DNA of 63,860 nucleotides from Gracilinanus agilis (lineage: Eukaryota), in the NCBI RefSeq assembly GCF_016433145.1, contig NC_058133.1:207999725-208063584 (forward strand). The letters run 5' to 3'. Positions 1 through 12,900 of the stretch are shown in pieces. The notes below the pieces were generated by a model, which was not told the origin of the DNA, made no database searches, and saw nothing but the letters and a program-made list of their open reading frames with translations. The position numbers and the translations under genes are program-made. Position 1 is the stretch's first letter. Each line of letters opens with the position of its first letter.

Positions 1-724
1 TTCTTTTTATATTTCTTACTTATTCTGACTTGCTTTCTCTTTCCCCAAGGCTCCATCATTAAAGCTCTGTATTGTATTGTCTGTATATTTATGACCTCCA
101 GAAAGAGTACTAATGGGAAGACTAGCAGTGGTGCCCACCGGATTACACAGATTTTTATACACCGTAAATTCTTTGGTGAACGGAGTTGGTAGGGACTGTT
201 GGTGAACTGTTATTTTATTTTTTAATTAATAATCTGTATTTAAAAGAAAAAAGCCAACTTCCCCAAATACAAGAGTGTAAACTGGATCTATACTTTGATG
301 TTGCTTTCAAGTCATTGCCTGCAGCAGGTTGGATCACTAACAAGAACTCAGGTTCCTGAGGTTATACAATTGCCACCACGACCTCCTACCAAGGATACTA
401 AAGGGCGAAGGCCAAAAGGAAGGCTCCATCTTATGGCCCAGCCCCTCAGACAGAGACAGAGATATTCGAGACCCAGTCCCGCCCCTTTCTATTGGGAGGA
501 GGAAAGTCCTCCTCAGCCAGGCTTCGTCCAAAACAATGACCACTGCCGGCTGCATCGATATTCGTTAGTTCTCCAGAGATCTTGGATATCAAACCCCTTT
601 ATCAGAGATATTTTATGCAAAGATGTTTTGGCTTCCCTGATAAGGAAAAATATTCTTATATCCCCACTCTCTAAGAACCACATTTGCCACGCCCACCACC
701 GAAAGCGAATTATCACCCCGGAGA

Positions 725-955
725 AAAAAATTGCGCACATGCGCAGTCTCAGTTGGGGAAAAACCGGAGATGGGGTGCGGTGCGCGCACGCGTAGTCCCA
801 ATACCATCTCCACTATTTTGGGCAAGACGCCGGGCGGAAGTGGGTGTGCCAGAGACGGTGGCCGAAGAGGACCGTTCCGGAAAGGGCCTATGGAGTGAGG
901 GGCGCAGGCCGGTGGGGATCGCGGATCTCCGAGGACGGGCCGGTTCGCAGCTGCA
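725..955 (+). promoter_or_regulatory. EXOC7 CpG-island promoter / 5'UTR
   Basis: CpG-rich; NRF1-like TGCGCACATGCGCA at 732-745 and TGCGCGCACGCG at 781-792; ETS/GABP-like GCGGAAGTG at 834-842; lies directly upstream of the ATG at 956. Confidence 0.7.
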
Positions 956-3900
956 ATGATTCCTCCTCAGGAGGCGTCCGTGCGGCGGCGAGAAATAGAG
1001 GACAAATTGAAGCAGGTGGGGCGGAGGCGACGGGAGGAGGGCGGCATGCGAGGATGGAAGAAGGATTGGGGGGCGCGGATGTGGGCAAAGATCCCAGAGA
1101 GAAGGAAAGGCATGGGAGGCGGGTGAGAGCGTTGACAGCCCGGACCCGGAGCCGGAGGGGTCGCAGCCTGGAAGGGGAATCTCCTACTCTCTTTCCCTGC
1201 TCTCTCCTGGCCCCGCCTGCGCACTCTGCTGGGTGACTAATGCCCTCCTCTATCATTCATCCTTCCATCCATTCCCCAGGAGGAAGAGACGCTCTCTTTT
1301 ATCCGAGACAGCCTGGAAAAGAGCGACCAGCTCACCAAGAACATGGTGAGTGTGTGTCAGGGGTTCTGGAGGGCTCCCCAAGGCTGTACACCCCGGACCC
1401 AGACCAAGCAGTCACTCAACAAACATTTATCAAGTGCCAACTATGTGCCAGGCACCTTGCTAAGCGCTGGGGATGCAGAAAGAGGTCCAAGACAGTGCCT
1501 GCCCTCGAGGAGCTTACAATCTAATATGAGAGACATCGTGCAAAGAAATATTTACAGGTTAAATCAGGATATGTGTGACGCCAGAGATCCTGGCAGATTA
1601 CATCAAGTAGGAGTGTTTACGTGACCCCGGTTTCCCCATTTGTAACCTGAGTAGGTTGGACTCATTGATCTCTAAGGCCTCTGGCATTTAAACATTCTGT
1701 GCTCTCTCTATAACTGGATAATTCTCTGATTCTGTAATTTTAACCAACTTCTCTCACTTGCAGCACCTCTTAAGTTAAGACCCAGAAGCTGGTTACTCTC
1801 TCCTTAGTTGGGATTTTCCTTACTAATTCCTTGTTTGGTATCCTGAACAAATATTGATTGGGCTAGATGTGACATTTTGTACTAGGCTTTATAGAATATG
1901 GAAAAGAGGTGACTTCTGCGCCAATATTATATATACATATTTATATATAAAATAATGGGGAGATAAGATGGGCACCAGAATGAATATGTTTATCTATGAA
2001 TATATACACAATCAGATGCATTTCTTTCTCCTATATTATTGTCATATTACCTGTGATCTAACCTAAGCCAGCCTAATGATACTTGTGCTGACAAACTCAT
2101 AGAGTTGTTGGGAAGAAAGTGCTGTGGAAACCTTAAACACGATAAACCATTTTCAGACTCCAAACTTCCCTCTTTTCCTACAGGTTTCTATCCTATCATC
2201 TTTTGAGAGCCGGCTTATGAAGCTGGAGAACTCCATCATTCCTGTGCACAAGCAAACAGAGAATCTACAGCGATTACAAGAGAACGTGGAGAAGACCCTA
2301 TCCTGTCTAGACCATGTCATCAGCTATTACCATGTGGCCAGTGACACAGAGAAGATAATTAGGGAAGGGTAAGCCAAGCCCAGCTTTTCACATCATTATT
2401 CCTACAAAGAATCTGGGCCATATAGTAGGAGTATCTACAATATTGATTCCCTTCTTAGAACATAACATCTTGAATCCCCTTCCTCTTAAACCCAAAAGAG
2501 TTCGATCTTCCCTGGTTTGCCACAGGAACTTCCCCCTATCAGGACTACTGAATGTTGTGAGGTGTCCACAACTACCCTTTCCAGCTAACCAGGGACCTTT
2601 TATAGCCCCACAGGAAGGCTGGAGGAATACCTAGGATGCATGGCCAAAATACAGAAGGCAGTGGAGTATTTTCAGGACAACAATCCTGACAGCCCAGAGC
2701 TGAACCGCGTGGTAAGGGGAACTTCTTTCTTCTCAGTCCACTAGTATTGACCAACAAACATGAGAAGAAATAGTACTTGGCTTCAGTAGTCAAGTATGGA
2801 GAATCTAGTAAGCCATGCTCAGCTGTTTCCAACCAGGACCAGGATAACTACAAACATTTGAACCTGTTCATCACAATTTAAGTGTGCAGAATTATACCCA
2901 AATTAAAAAAAAATTGGTGTGACCCAGAGCTAGACTAAGATTAAGTTTGGTAATATTTCCTAGAGGAGGTGAATTTGAAGAAAAAGGCTATAGAAAAGAG
3001 TGAAAATAGCATTTTGGAGAGTAATGGTTAAAGGATTGACTGTAGAGCCACAAATTACCTTCGAGGTCAATCAGTCCATCCCCTCATTTTACAGATGAAG
3101 AAACTAAAGCTCAAAGAACTTAAATGACTTGCCTAGGGTCATAAAGCTAGTAAGTGCTTATGACAGCATTCAAACTCAGAAATGCCTGACTCCAACAGGA
3201 TCAATCTATCCATTACACTGTGCTACTTACAAATAGTGTCAGTCTCCATTTAACAAATATCTATTTGATCACCTACAATGTGCTAGGTACTGTGCTAAGT
3301 CCTAGATGAAGGCCCAGAAATTGATATGGATGAGTTTGTTGGTAAGACAATGAGTGGTTTTAAAACTAGACCAGCATAGAGAGGAGGCATGTGCCATAAT
3401 GTAGTATGATGGGAGAAAAACCTTAAGACCCACAATTAGAGATTGCAAAGCTGTATGACCTATCCCTGTTGCTGAACTGTTACTTTGCTAATGAGATGTT
3501 GAATCTCCCCTGCCCCCACCCAGTTATTTCTTTTCCTAAAAGAATGCAACAAGCCAAGAAGTAGGGGCTAAGAAACTGTATCTTCTCTTCTCAAACAGGA
3601 AGTTCTTTCTTGAGAAATTAGAGTATCAGAGGCAGAAATAAATAAAAATTTTAAATGTAGTCAAGAATGGATTTTGATCACAGTGTATAGAGATGATGTT
3701 GGGCAAGGCTTTAATGGATCTTTGGTTTTATCATTGTAGGTTCTCACTTCTAGGGATATAGATTACAACCACTCCATTTCTTCTGAGTGATTTTTTGTCC
3801 CTGAAGAAATATGGATTTGAACTCAGGAGACCTGAATTCTAATTCTAGCTTTTGTTATTTTCTGTCTGTGTGACTTTGGTCAAGTCACTTAACTTTCCCA

Positions 3901-6900
3901 AACTTCAGCCTGTTCATTAATCAAGTGAGGAGAGATTTAGACTAGATCAAAAATTCTTATCTTTTTTTGTCTCATAGACCCATTCTCAGAATATTTTGTT
4001 GCCTACCTGTATAACTAAAGGAAATGCTAAATTTCAACTTGTAGATAAGTAGAAATAAAGATCTAGTTTTTTTCTCATCCAAGTTCAAAGACAGCCACCC
4101 ACCCTTGAATCCTACCCATGAATCTTTGGGGTCTTTCTGGCTCTGAATCTGGGGTCTTTTCATTCTTTTGTAAAGTCTCTGTATGCACTAGAGCAGAGAT
4201 GTCAACTTGCTAATTCCACCTCTCCCTCCAACTGAAAAAAACTAGAGCAGGGGATGAAACATTAAAAAATATAATTGGGAAATGTTTAACAAAACAAAAA
4301 CACTATATAAAATAGATAGTGCTAATATGTGGTTTCCTAAGTGATACTTGGTCACAAGATCCAGTTTCTCTTTAAGTTTGACAGCAGAGGTCAAGATTTT
4401 TGTCAGTACTGATACTAACAAATACTCAAGACATTATAGCAGTAGTTCTTATTGGCATTGGGCTTTATATGGGAATGGATGCACTGAGGGGCCATGGAAG
4501 AAGGCAGAGTTCATCTGGGAAGGTTGAATGTGAGTGAATCTGAGTTGATTTAAAGCTTTCTGCAGTGAGTGTGAAAGCATGAGAAGAGGAGAGGGCACTT
4601 GGATTTACATAGTGCTAGGGAAGGAACACAACGGCCCATGTGAAGACCTCAGTAGAGAAACAAGGATGGCTAGCTTAACACTAGGAGAGTAAACATTCTC
4701 TCCTTCCTGTAGAAGTTCCTGTTTGAGCGTGGAAAAGAGTCCCTGGAGTCTGAGTTCCGAAGTTTGATGACTCGGCACAGTAAGGTCGTCTCCCCTGTGC
4801 TTATTCTGGACCTGATCAGTGGGGAAGATGAAATGGAGGCTCAAGATGACATGACTCTGGAGCACCTCTCTGAGAGTGTGCTCCATGATGTCATTCGAAT
4901 TTCTCGCTGGCTGGTGGAATATGGCAGGAACCAAGGTGAGGGAACCTATCCAGACCTTGCATAAAGGTTCTTGATGCTGCAGAGCTTTCTGCACTGGGTG
5001 GGAAGAAGGGAAGGAGTACAGAAGTCACCAGGCTCGGTACCACTCAGGGCCATGTGGACCACTTAAGAAGCAGAAGGCAGTAGGCTGGCCTTGGGAAATT
5101 TGGCCATCTGTCCACTAAGACAAGCAGATGCTGTTTGAAAAAACTCTTAACAGGGTCCCTAAACCATGCCACTGTTTGCTGTCTTCTCAGATTTCATGAA
5201 TGTTTACTATCAGATCCGTTCCAGTCAGCTGGACCGCTCCATCAAGGGCCTGAAAGAGCACTTTCGAAAAAGTACTACTTCTTCTGGAGTTCCTTACTCC
5301 CCTGCTATTCCCAATAAAAGGAAAGATACACCTACCAAAAAACCAGTCAAACGGCCAGGTGAGCCCCTATTGTAACTCATCTAATAGAAGGAGGCCTCAT
5401 CTTCCTTATTCTACCAATATATCAGTTCCTTCTAGAATAACACTGGCTAGTACAGGTATTCTAGCTGCTATGACAACTTTAGGGAGATTATCTTTGTGGT
5501 GGCTTCATTACCCTGTGTATCTGGGGAGAAAAATAGATGTCTGTTCACCTAAGAACAAAAGGGTGCTAGCCACCCCTTTCCTCCCATAGAAGTTGCATTT
5601 TATATAAAAACCATTCTTCTGAAAAAATCTTCAGAGTGGAAGTCAGAAGATCTCTGAGAATTCAGGGAGTCCAAAGAACTCTAAAGAGAACAAACAGTAC
5701 ATTAGTAATTGGGTCATCTTCTTGATTCTCACCCATTATTTACTTGGTATTTTTAGGGACCTTTTAATTACTGAAGCTGGGCAGTTCTCTTTGGACATCA
5801 GTGGAGCTATTGTTCCATGGACATACTTTTGAGGATAGAGCACCCCAAGTCCTCCTTGGAGAGGAAGTGGGTTTAATCTCTGGATTTCATCACAAAGTCA
5901 AGGCTGTGTCCTGAGAGATTCTAGGGGAAGATAGTTAGGATGAGGACTGGCACGTGGAGTTGTTGGTATCTTAGATTATCAGTTTACTCTTTTGGTTTTT
6001 TTTGTCCCCCTTTGTTCCTTATCATCCCTGTGTCCCAAGCAGTCTACATTCCAGGTAAACAATGTTTCTGTGTGTCACAGCTTGCCTAGCCTTGTCATTT
6101 CTAACACAGAGAAGTTTTTCCTTGAGTGAGAGACTGTTCACATACAGCTCATGGTGAGGCTGGGATATTTCAGAAGGATGGTTATGCTGTACCATTAGGG
6201 CCCAAAGAGCCAGATTTTTACATCTTCTGCCCCTGCTGTCTACTCCTGAAGGTCAAATTGTTCCCAGGCATTTCCCAATAGAGTTCCACTTCCCATCCTC
6301 ATAGCAACAGATTTTGGAGTGAAAGCAATGCCTCCCATTTACATAGTATTTTAAGGTTTATAAAATGCCACTCCTCTAACAGCTTTGTGTGCTGTAAGAG
6401 TTGTGGGTTAGCCCAGGACTTCAAACCAGCCTTAGACCTCATTCCTTATTGTAAACTTTACCCCTATACTGAATGTGAGAGGCTGTTCTCACACTTAAGA
6501 GAGAAGACCACTTGTTCTCCTTCTCCAAAGTTCAACAGTGTTAAGATTGTCAAGTCAGAAATTAGTAAATTGGCCTGTGGCAATGTCCAGGAGCTGCGCC
6601 TTGGAGCCAGCCTGAAGAATTAGGAAGCAGACTCCCAATCTACATCTCCCTGCTTCCCTTCTTCCCATATAATTATCCCAGGGTAACCTTCTCAGAGTGC
6701 CTGCTGCAAATAATAAAACAGCTTACTAATCGAGTGTTGCAGCTATGTCTCTGACAGCATTGAAACCAAGTGTCTCCTGCAGGAGTCACATCTCCATTCT
6801 TTTCCCTTCCAAGATAGTCTTAGTTGGGGAATATGTAATCTTGCCCTTTATATCACTTGGGTCATCTGCCTGTCTCCTTCACAGTGTTTTTTGCTCTCAT

Positions 6901-9900
6901 TCTTTGCCAGACCCTTGGAACCCTACAGCTGATTGTGGATAGCTCTCTATCCTTGGAGACAGATTCTCTCAGGAAGTAGTAACCTGACCCCATTGCCAGG
7001 GTGAGGACATAACCCATTCTTGGCTTGTAAACATAAGAAGAGAAATTACAGAAAATGCCCAAGAGCAGTTCTCAGGTGGTATCCCAGGAGTTAAGGAAGG
7101 AATCCCAGGTTGCAGAGGAGCCTGGGGCTCTGGATCTTTATAAAGTGTGAGGAAGGGAACTAGGGAGGTCATGAGTCAAAACAATAACTGACATCTTTAC
7201 TTGTGGAACTAACTTCATGCCTAACTTTAGAGGAGTTGAAACAAGGAACTAGCCAGCTGTTTTTGTAGCCCTGATAAACTTGGCAGATGTTTTAATTGAG
7301 GTCCTAGTTTCCTGGTCCATCCTGATATATCAGTTGGTTTCCCAGTTGGTTGTTTGCTTCTGGTGTCAGACTTGAATCTGACTGCCTCATTAGCATGACC
7401 TGTTTGTTCGGGAGAAAGAAAGGGCAAGGGCAACAGATACTGAGCAGGGGCAGCCAAGTTCATCTTTTAATAACTAAATGAATTTCTGTGCTACAATGAA
7501 GAGCTGAGCCATTTAAAACCTTCCTGAAGCAGAGAATGGCTAGTATCTAGGAGCCTGCCCCAGCTGTTCATTTTGATTCCAGAGTAAAGAGTGTCAGGGG
7601 TGGCAAGGAGAAAAGGAGACCTCGGGGCAGGAAGGAAGGGGAATATCAAAATAGAGGTAGCTAGATAGCATAGCAACACACCTAGAGTTAGGAAGATCTG
7701 GATTCATATCTGGCCCCAGACACTGCCTAGCTATGTGACTGAGCAAGTCATTTAACTACAATTGCCTAACCCTTGCTGCTCTTCTTTCTTAGAATTAATA
7801 CTTAGTATCAATTCTAAGATAGCAGTTAAGGATTTAAAAAAAGAAAAGGAAAGAAAGAAATGTCAAAATAGAGAAGATACAGAATTGAGCCTTTCTCCTT
7901 CCCCATCTACCTATTTTGTTAATCAGTTTGCTTTATTAATTTTAACATTTTATTTGACTTTTCCAAGTTTTCTTTTTGGAGTGTCTTGTTTACACGGCAA
8001 TGTCTGACCCAGGAAACTGCTGGCTTCATGATATTGTTTGTGTTGTTTGAACCTGACACTAACTGTTCTGTTGTTTTTTTTCTCCCATGCCAAGAATGCG
8101 TTCTCCACTTTTCAGTCCTTTCTCTCTCTACTTCCCATGTGGCTTCTGTTTGGTTCTCTCTTGGCTTCCAGGTTTTTTTCTGAGTTCTTTGGGCAGTTTC
8201 AGTGACTTGCTGCTCCAGGGAGGCCCATGGCCAGTACTAGATTGGTCTCTGGGCATCTCTGCCTTAAGCCTTTGGGCTCTCATCTCCAGAGGTCTCTTGG
8301 ACCCTTTTCACTAACTCCCAGATTCTGCCTCCCTTTTTCTGTTTGAATCTTGAGGACTAGCACTGAGCATGCTCATAGAACCCTTCCTAGAGTGTGAGGA
8401 CTAAGCCATGTGTCTGGTGGCTTCAAGTAGAGCTTACTCCAGGATCTTCAGGAGAACCTCCTCTGGGAGATCCAGGAATAAGGGCTCTTTCTCCCAGCTG
8501 ATTATCTCTACTGTGGGAGGGTGGGCAGGCAGGCTCCTTGTTAACACTTCTTCTCTTCCAGGCACCATGCCTTTTCTAGTTAAAGTGCCACCCAGTGAGC
8601 AGTATCTTGTTCTCTGCCTGGATTCTCTTCCTTACTTGCTCCATCTCCTCAGTTTTACCCAGTTTCAAGAGAATCTGGGATCAGGGAGCACTTTGAATAA
8701 TATCTGCTCTTAAGACTTAAGAGACTTGACTTGGGAACAGTGTTTCCTTTCCCTTACCTCTAAGTCTCAGGTGCCACCCTGGGAAGTGGCAGGAACACTC
8801 TGGGTAAAGGTGTATCCTGGGCATGCTTACTGTTGTCAGGCTGGGTGTTGTGGGCCTTTGGGACTGGTGGAGGGCTGCTGCTGTTTTCTCTTACTCATTT
8901 CCTAGGTCTTCTTGTCTCCTCTCTATGTGGCTCTGGTGACAGGGACGATTCGTAAGGCTCAGAACCTTCTGAAACAGTATTCTCAGCATGGTCTAGATGG
9001 GAAAAAGGGGGGTTCTAACCTCATTCCTCTGGAAGGTAATCACCCAGTATTTCTGTCTCCTTTCTACCCACTCCTTCACTGTGTGTCCCATTCATTTGGT
9101 AGGGCAGAGCCTCCGACCATACTGGGACCCCCAACCCTTCCCTGGGCTGTGGTGGTAACCCATCTTTCTGTAAGAAGGGATGGGTGGGAATTGCAGTGTA
9201 TTGGCACTACACTGGCTTCAACTGGCCTGGTGGCATTTTTCTTGGCATTGGGTCTAGACCTGTCTGGCAAACGGCAGCTCTGCCCTCCCGGAGGACACCC
9301 TGCCCCTTCCCTCCCTGTCTGTTTCTGTTTCCTTCTGTTTAAACTCAAAAAAAAGTTCTCAGCCAGTGGAGCAGCCCTTTCACATTCAGATTGGCAATGT
9401 AAGACCAAACTATCCCAAAACCCCTTTGGGAGGTGAATGGTGAACAAAGATGGATATGACCAGGTCACTGGATAGGGCTTCTCTCCCCACTTCTACCTGG
9501 CTAGGTGCTCTTCACAGAACTGATTCTGTTCCAGAAGTGGGACATCTCTGCCCAAAGTGGCACCAAAAAGGCTTTTGTGCCTGATCAAACTAGAACAACA
9601 TTATTAGACAGTAGAGAAGTTTTCTCTCCCTGTGTTTGCAGAGGGATTTGGAGTTAGAGATGAAGAAGCTCCCTTAGTCTCAGGGGTATTGGAGTACCTC
9701 TAGCTTCTCTCATCCCCTTCTTCCTCATGCATGGGTTTTCCCTTTTAGCCTCCAGGCTAGGAAGGAGATGGGAAAGATGTAACTATTAGAGGGGATTCCA
9801 GGAAGCACTGCTGCTCAGGCTTGAAAAGGCTGTTCCAATGGTAATTTGAGACATAGGAGGGGCTCAAAGCCCTTTCCCAAGTCTCCCTATTCCCCATCCC

Positions 9901-12900
9901 CTCCCATCAAGTGTTTCTCTTCTGGAGACTGAGGAGTTCCCACCCCTAAGAGACAGCCCACTCAGTCCCCTGGATAAACCGCTGCTTGTGTTTGTGCGGC
10001 CAACATCTCGCTAGGTCACGAGCATGATTTCCGAGTTAAGCATCTGTCCGAGGCCCTGAACGACAAGCACGGGCCACTGGCCGGTGAGTACTGTGGCATA
10101 ACCAGCTGCCGATGGCTTCCTTTGCAGCATCTCCCACTATGGGCCAACGTGTTGGCTGGACCCCCCCCCCCCCCCCCGGCTTTTGATGGCCCTATCCTGT
10201 ACTGTCCTTTCTCTTTGGCTATAGCTCTTATTTGTCACCCTCCAGATGGAGGTACTGCTGCGTCAGGAGAGTGGAAAGACACCTCTCATTGACCAGGGAT
10301 GGAGCTGGAGAAGAAACCAGAGCTACAGGGAACAGAGAGGGAGAGCAGCTGCTCTCCATCTGACTATAGCTCCTTGGCACTGGCAGCAGCCCCAGAGCCT
10401 AAATCTCATGGACTTCTGCCTCCCTCTCCCAGCTCTGAGTGGGCTTCCCCCAGGCTGTTCTGCTGTTGCTCTTGCCTGTGAGAATACTCTTGCTGGCTCT
10501 TAATATTAAGACCCTTTCTCTTCTCCTTTGGGGTGCTGGCTTCAAGGAATCCCTTCCTCTCCATTATATTTGGATGGAGGGAAAAGCTAATATATTTTCT
10601 CAGGTTTTGGCCACCAGGCCACTTGGCTCATGGGGAACAATGTGTTTTTCACTGTCTCCATCCCTCCTAGTGGTATTGCTGAAGGGAATCATGCTAGGGC
10701 TCTCCCTGCATCTTAGCCTATTGTTAACTATGTCGTAAAGGGCCCACATTATGGAAGGAAACACTATTTCTTCAATAGGAAAGGAGCTGTGTTCAATTCT
10801 CCAATAATGGATGTTGCTCTACCTAGGGCTTCTTCCTGGCTAAGACCATTCATGGTTTTTAGCATTTGGCAGCTGAGTAGGGCCTAGCCTAGCCTTTCCA
10901 GGAAAGGAGATTAAGAGTTCTCTTCCTCTTTGCATCTTTATGGGATGCAGATGTTCTGGGTTTGCACTCTTCAGTCTGTAGTCAGAATTAACAGAAGAGA
11001 GATGAGGCTCCCCATTTTCTTTTTGTTCCCTTACACCCAGTAAATTTTCCAGATACAGGGCAACCTGACTCCATTCTCCATGTTGCTGGTCTGGGCATCA
11101 GGCAGAAAGCCTGAGGGGTAACCCACACTCCAGAATGAGCACTGGGCTGGGAGTGAAGTTGCTCCCCAGGCCAGTAGCTCAGAGTTTGTGCTATTTCCAC
11201 AGGGAGGGATGATATGCTGGATATGGAAATCGATGCCTACATCCACTGCGTCAGTGCCTTTGTCAAGTTGGCACAAAGCGAGTACCAGCTGCTGACAGAT
11301 ATCATCCCGGAACACCATCAAAAAAAGACCTTTGACTCCCTTATCCAGGTCCTACTTTTGCTTCTACATGAATTCTCTGGGTCTTTACTCACCTGCTTAC
11401 AATCAGAGCTGTGTCTAGATTTTCTGAAGCTTATATTAGGGTTGTTCTTCATAGCCTTTTATACCCTAGCCGTCATTGAGCCCTGTAGGATCTGTGTTGA
11501 ATTCTGTGCCTTCCATGTCTTAAAAGTATGGCACCTAGCTCCACAGAACATGCCCCACTTTACCCATTTTGTCCTTCCCACTTCGATGCGTATCTTTCTC
11601 TGCTGACCTGCCTCCCTCTGGCCCCTTCCTCTTAGGACGCATTGGATGGACTGATGATGGAGGGGGAGAACATTGTGTCAGTTGCCCGAAAGGCCATCAT
11701 CCGACATGACTACTCAGCTGTACTCACAGTCTTCCCCATCTTACGGCATCTTAAGCAAACCAAGCCCGAGTTTGATCAGGTACTTCAGGTATGTGTCAAA
11801 AAGATGTTCACAGGGACAAAACAAGGAAGGTAGAGATCTTACACTTAGCCTAAGCTTTGCCTTCCCCATTTTCTTTTCCCTTTAGCATTCTCCTTATAAG
11901 TCTATAAATCAAGTCAACAAGCATTTATGAAGTGCCTACTATGTGCTATTCTGAGGATATAAGGAAAGACCAAAAACCCCACAGTCCTGGCTCTCAAGGA
12001 GCTCACAGTCTTATGGAGACAACATGAAAACAACTACATACAGACAAGAAAATACAGGATAAATTGGGGGTAGTCTCAGAGGCAAAGCACTAACATTAAG
12101 GAGGACTGGGATAGGCTTCTTGAAGGACTTCAGCTGAGACCTGAAGGAAGCCAGGGAAACTAGGAGGTGGAGATGAGCATAGAGAACATTCTGGGCATGG
12201 AGAACAGCCAGGGAAGATACTCAGGATCAGAAGAGAAACAGCCAGGAGAATCATTATTACTGGATTGAAGTGAATATAGATAGGCCTAGAGATGGGAGAT
12301 GCTAGGTTCAAATTGGGCCTCAGACATATTTCCTAGCTAAGTGACCCTGGACAAGTCACTTGACCCCTACTGCCTAACTTTTACCACTCTTCTACCTTAG
12401 AACCAATACATAGTATTGATTCTAAGATGAAAGGTAAGGGCTTAAAAAAGAGAGAGAGAGAATATAGAGGAGAATAGGGTATAACGTAAGGAGTTACCTC
12501 TTAGAATTCCTTCTTTCAATCATGTGTGTTTTGCTACTAGAAATATCTAGGTGGCTCAATGGATAGAGAGCCAGGCCTAGAGACAGAAGATCCTGGGTTC
12601 AAAGCTGGCCTCAGATACTTCCTTGCTGGGTGACTCTGGGGAAGTCACTTAACCTCCATTTCCTAGCTCTTATTGTTCTTCTACCTTGGAATCAATACAC
12701 ATTACTGATTCTAAGACAGAAGGTAAGGGTTTTAAAAAAAAAAAAGTTTTACTGCCCTGATTTTACAGATGAGGAATCTGAGGCTCAGAGTGGTTTACTT
12801 GTCCAAGGTCATACTCCTTACGTAAGTAGCAGAGCTAAGATTTGAGGCCAAGTCTTCCAATTCTAAATCCTAGCATTCTTTCTACTCTACCATGGTAACC

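Noticed and set aside
295-795. 166-aa ORF upstream of EXOC7
   Set aside because: No recognisable protein similarity or splice structure; it overlaps the promoter.
4605-4994. 129-aa minus-strand ORF (and similar ones at 2572, 11031, 20114)
   Set aside because: Antisense shadows of EXOC7 exons.
6900-6950. Acceptor-like ttgccag followed by DPWNPTADCG-stop (poison exon?)
   Set aside because: No convincing donor; cannot be distinguished from background.
8901-8942. Alternative upstream acceptor for the 93-nt exon
   Set aside because: Would add 37 nt and shift the frame; no supporting evidence.
10225-10503. Acceptor-like ccctccag plus ORFs 10246 and 10299
   Set aside because: Stop codon in the EXOC7 frame after 15 codons, and no donor identified.
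12547-12620. tRNA-like A/B boxes in many places
   Set aside because: These are SINE heads, not tRNA genes; no cloverleaf or anticodon arm.
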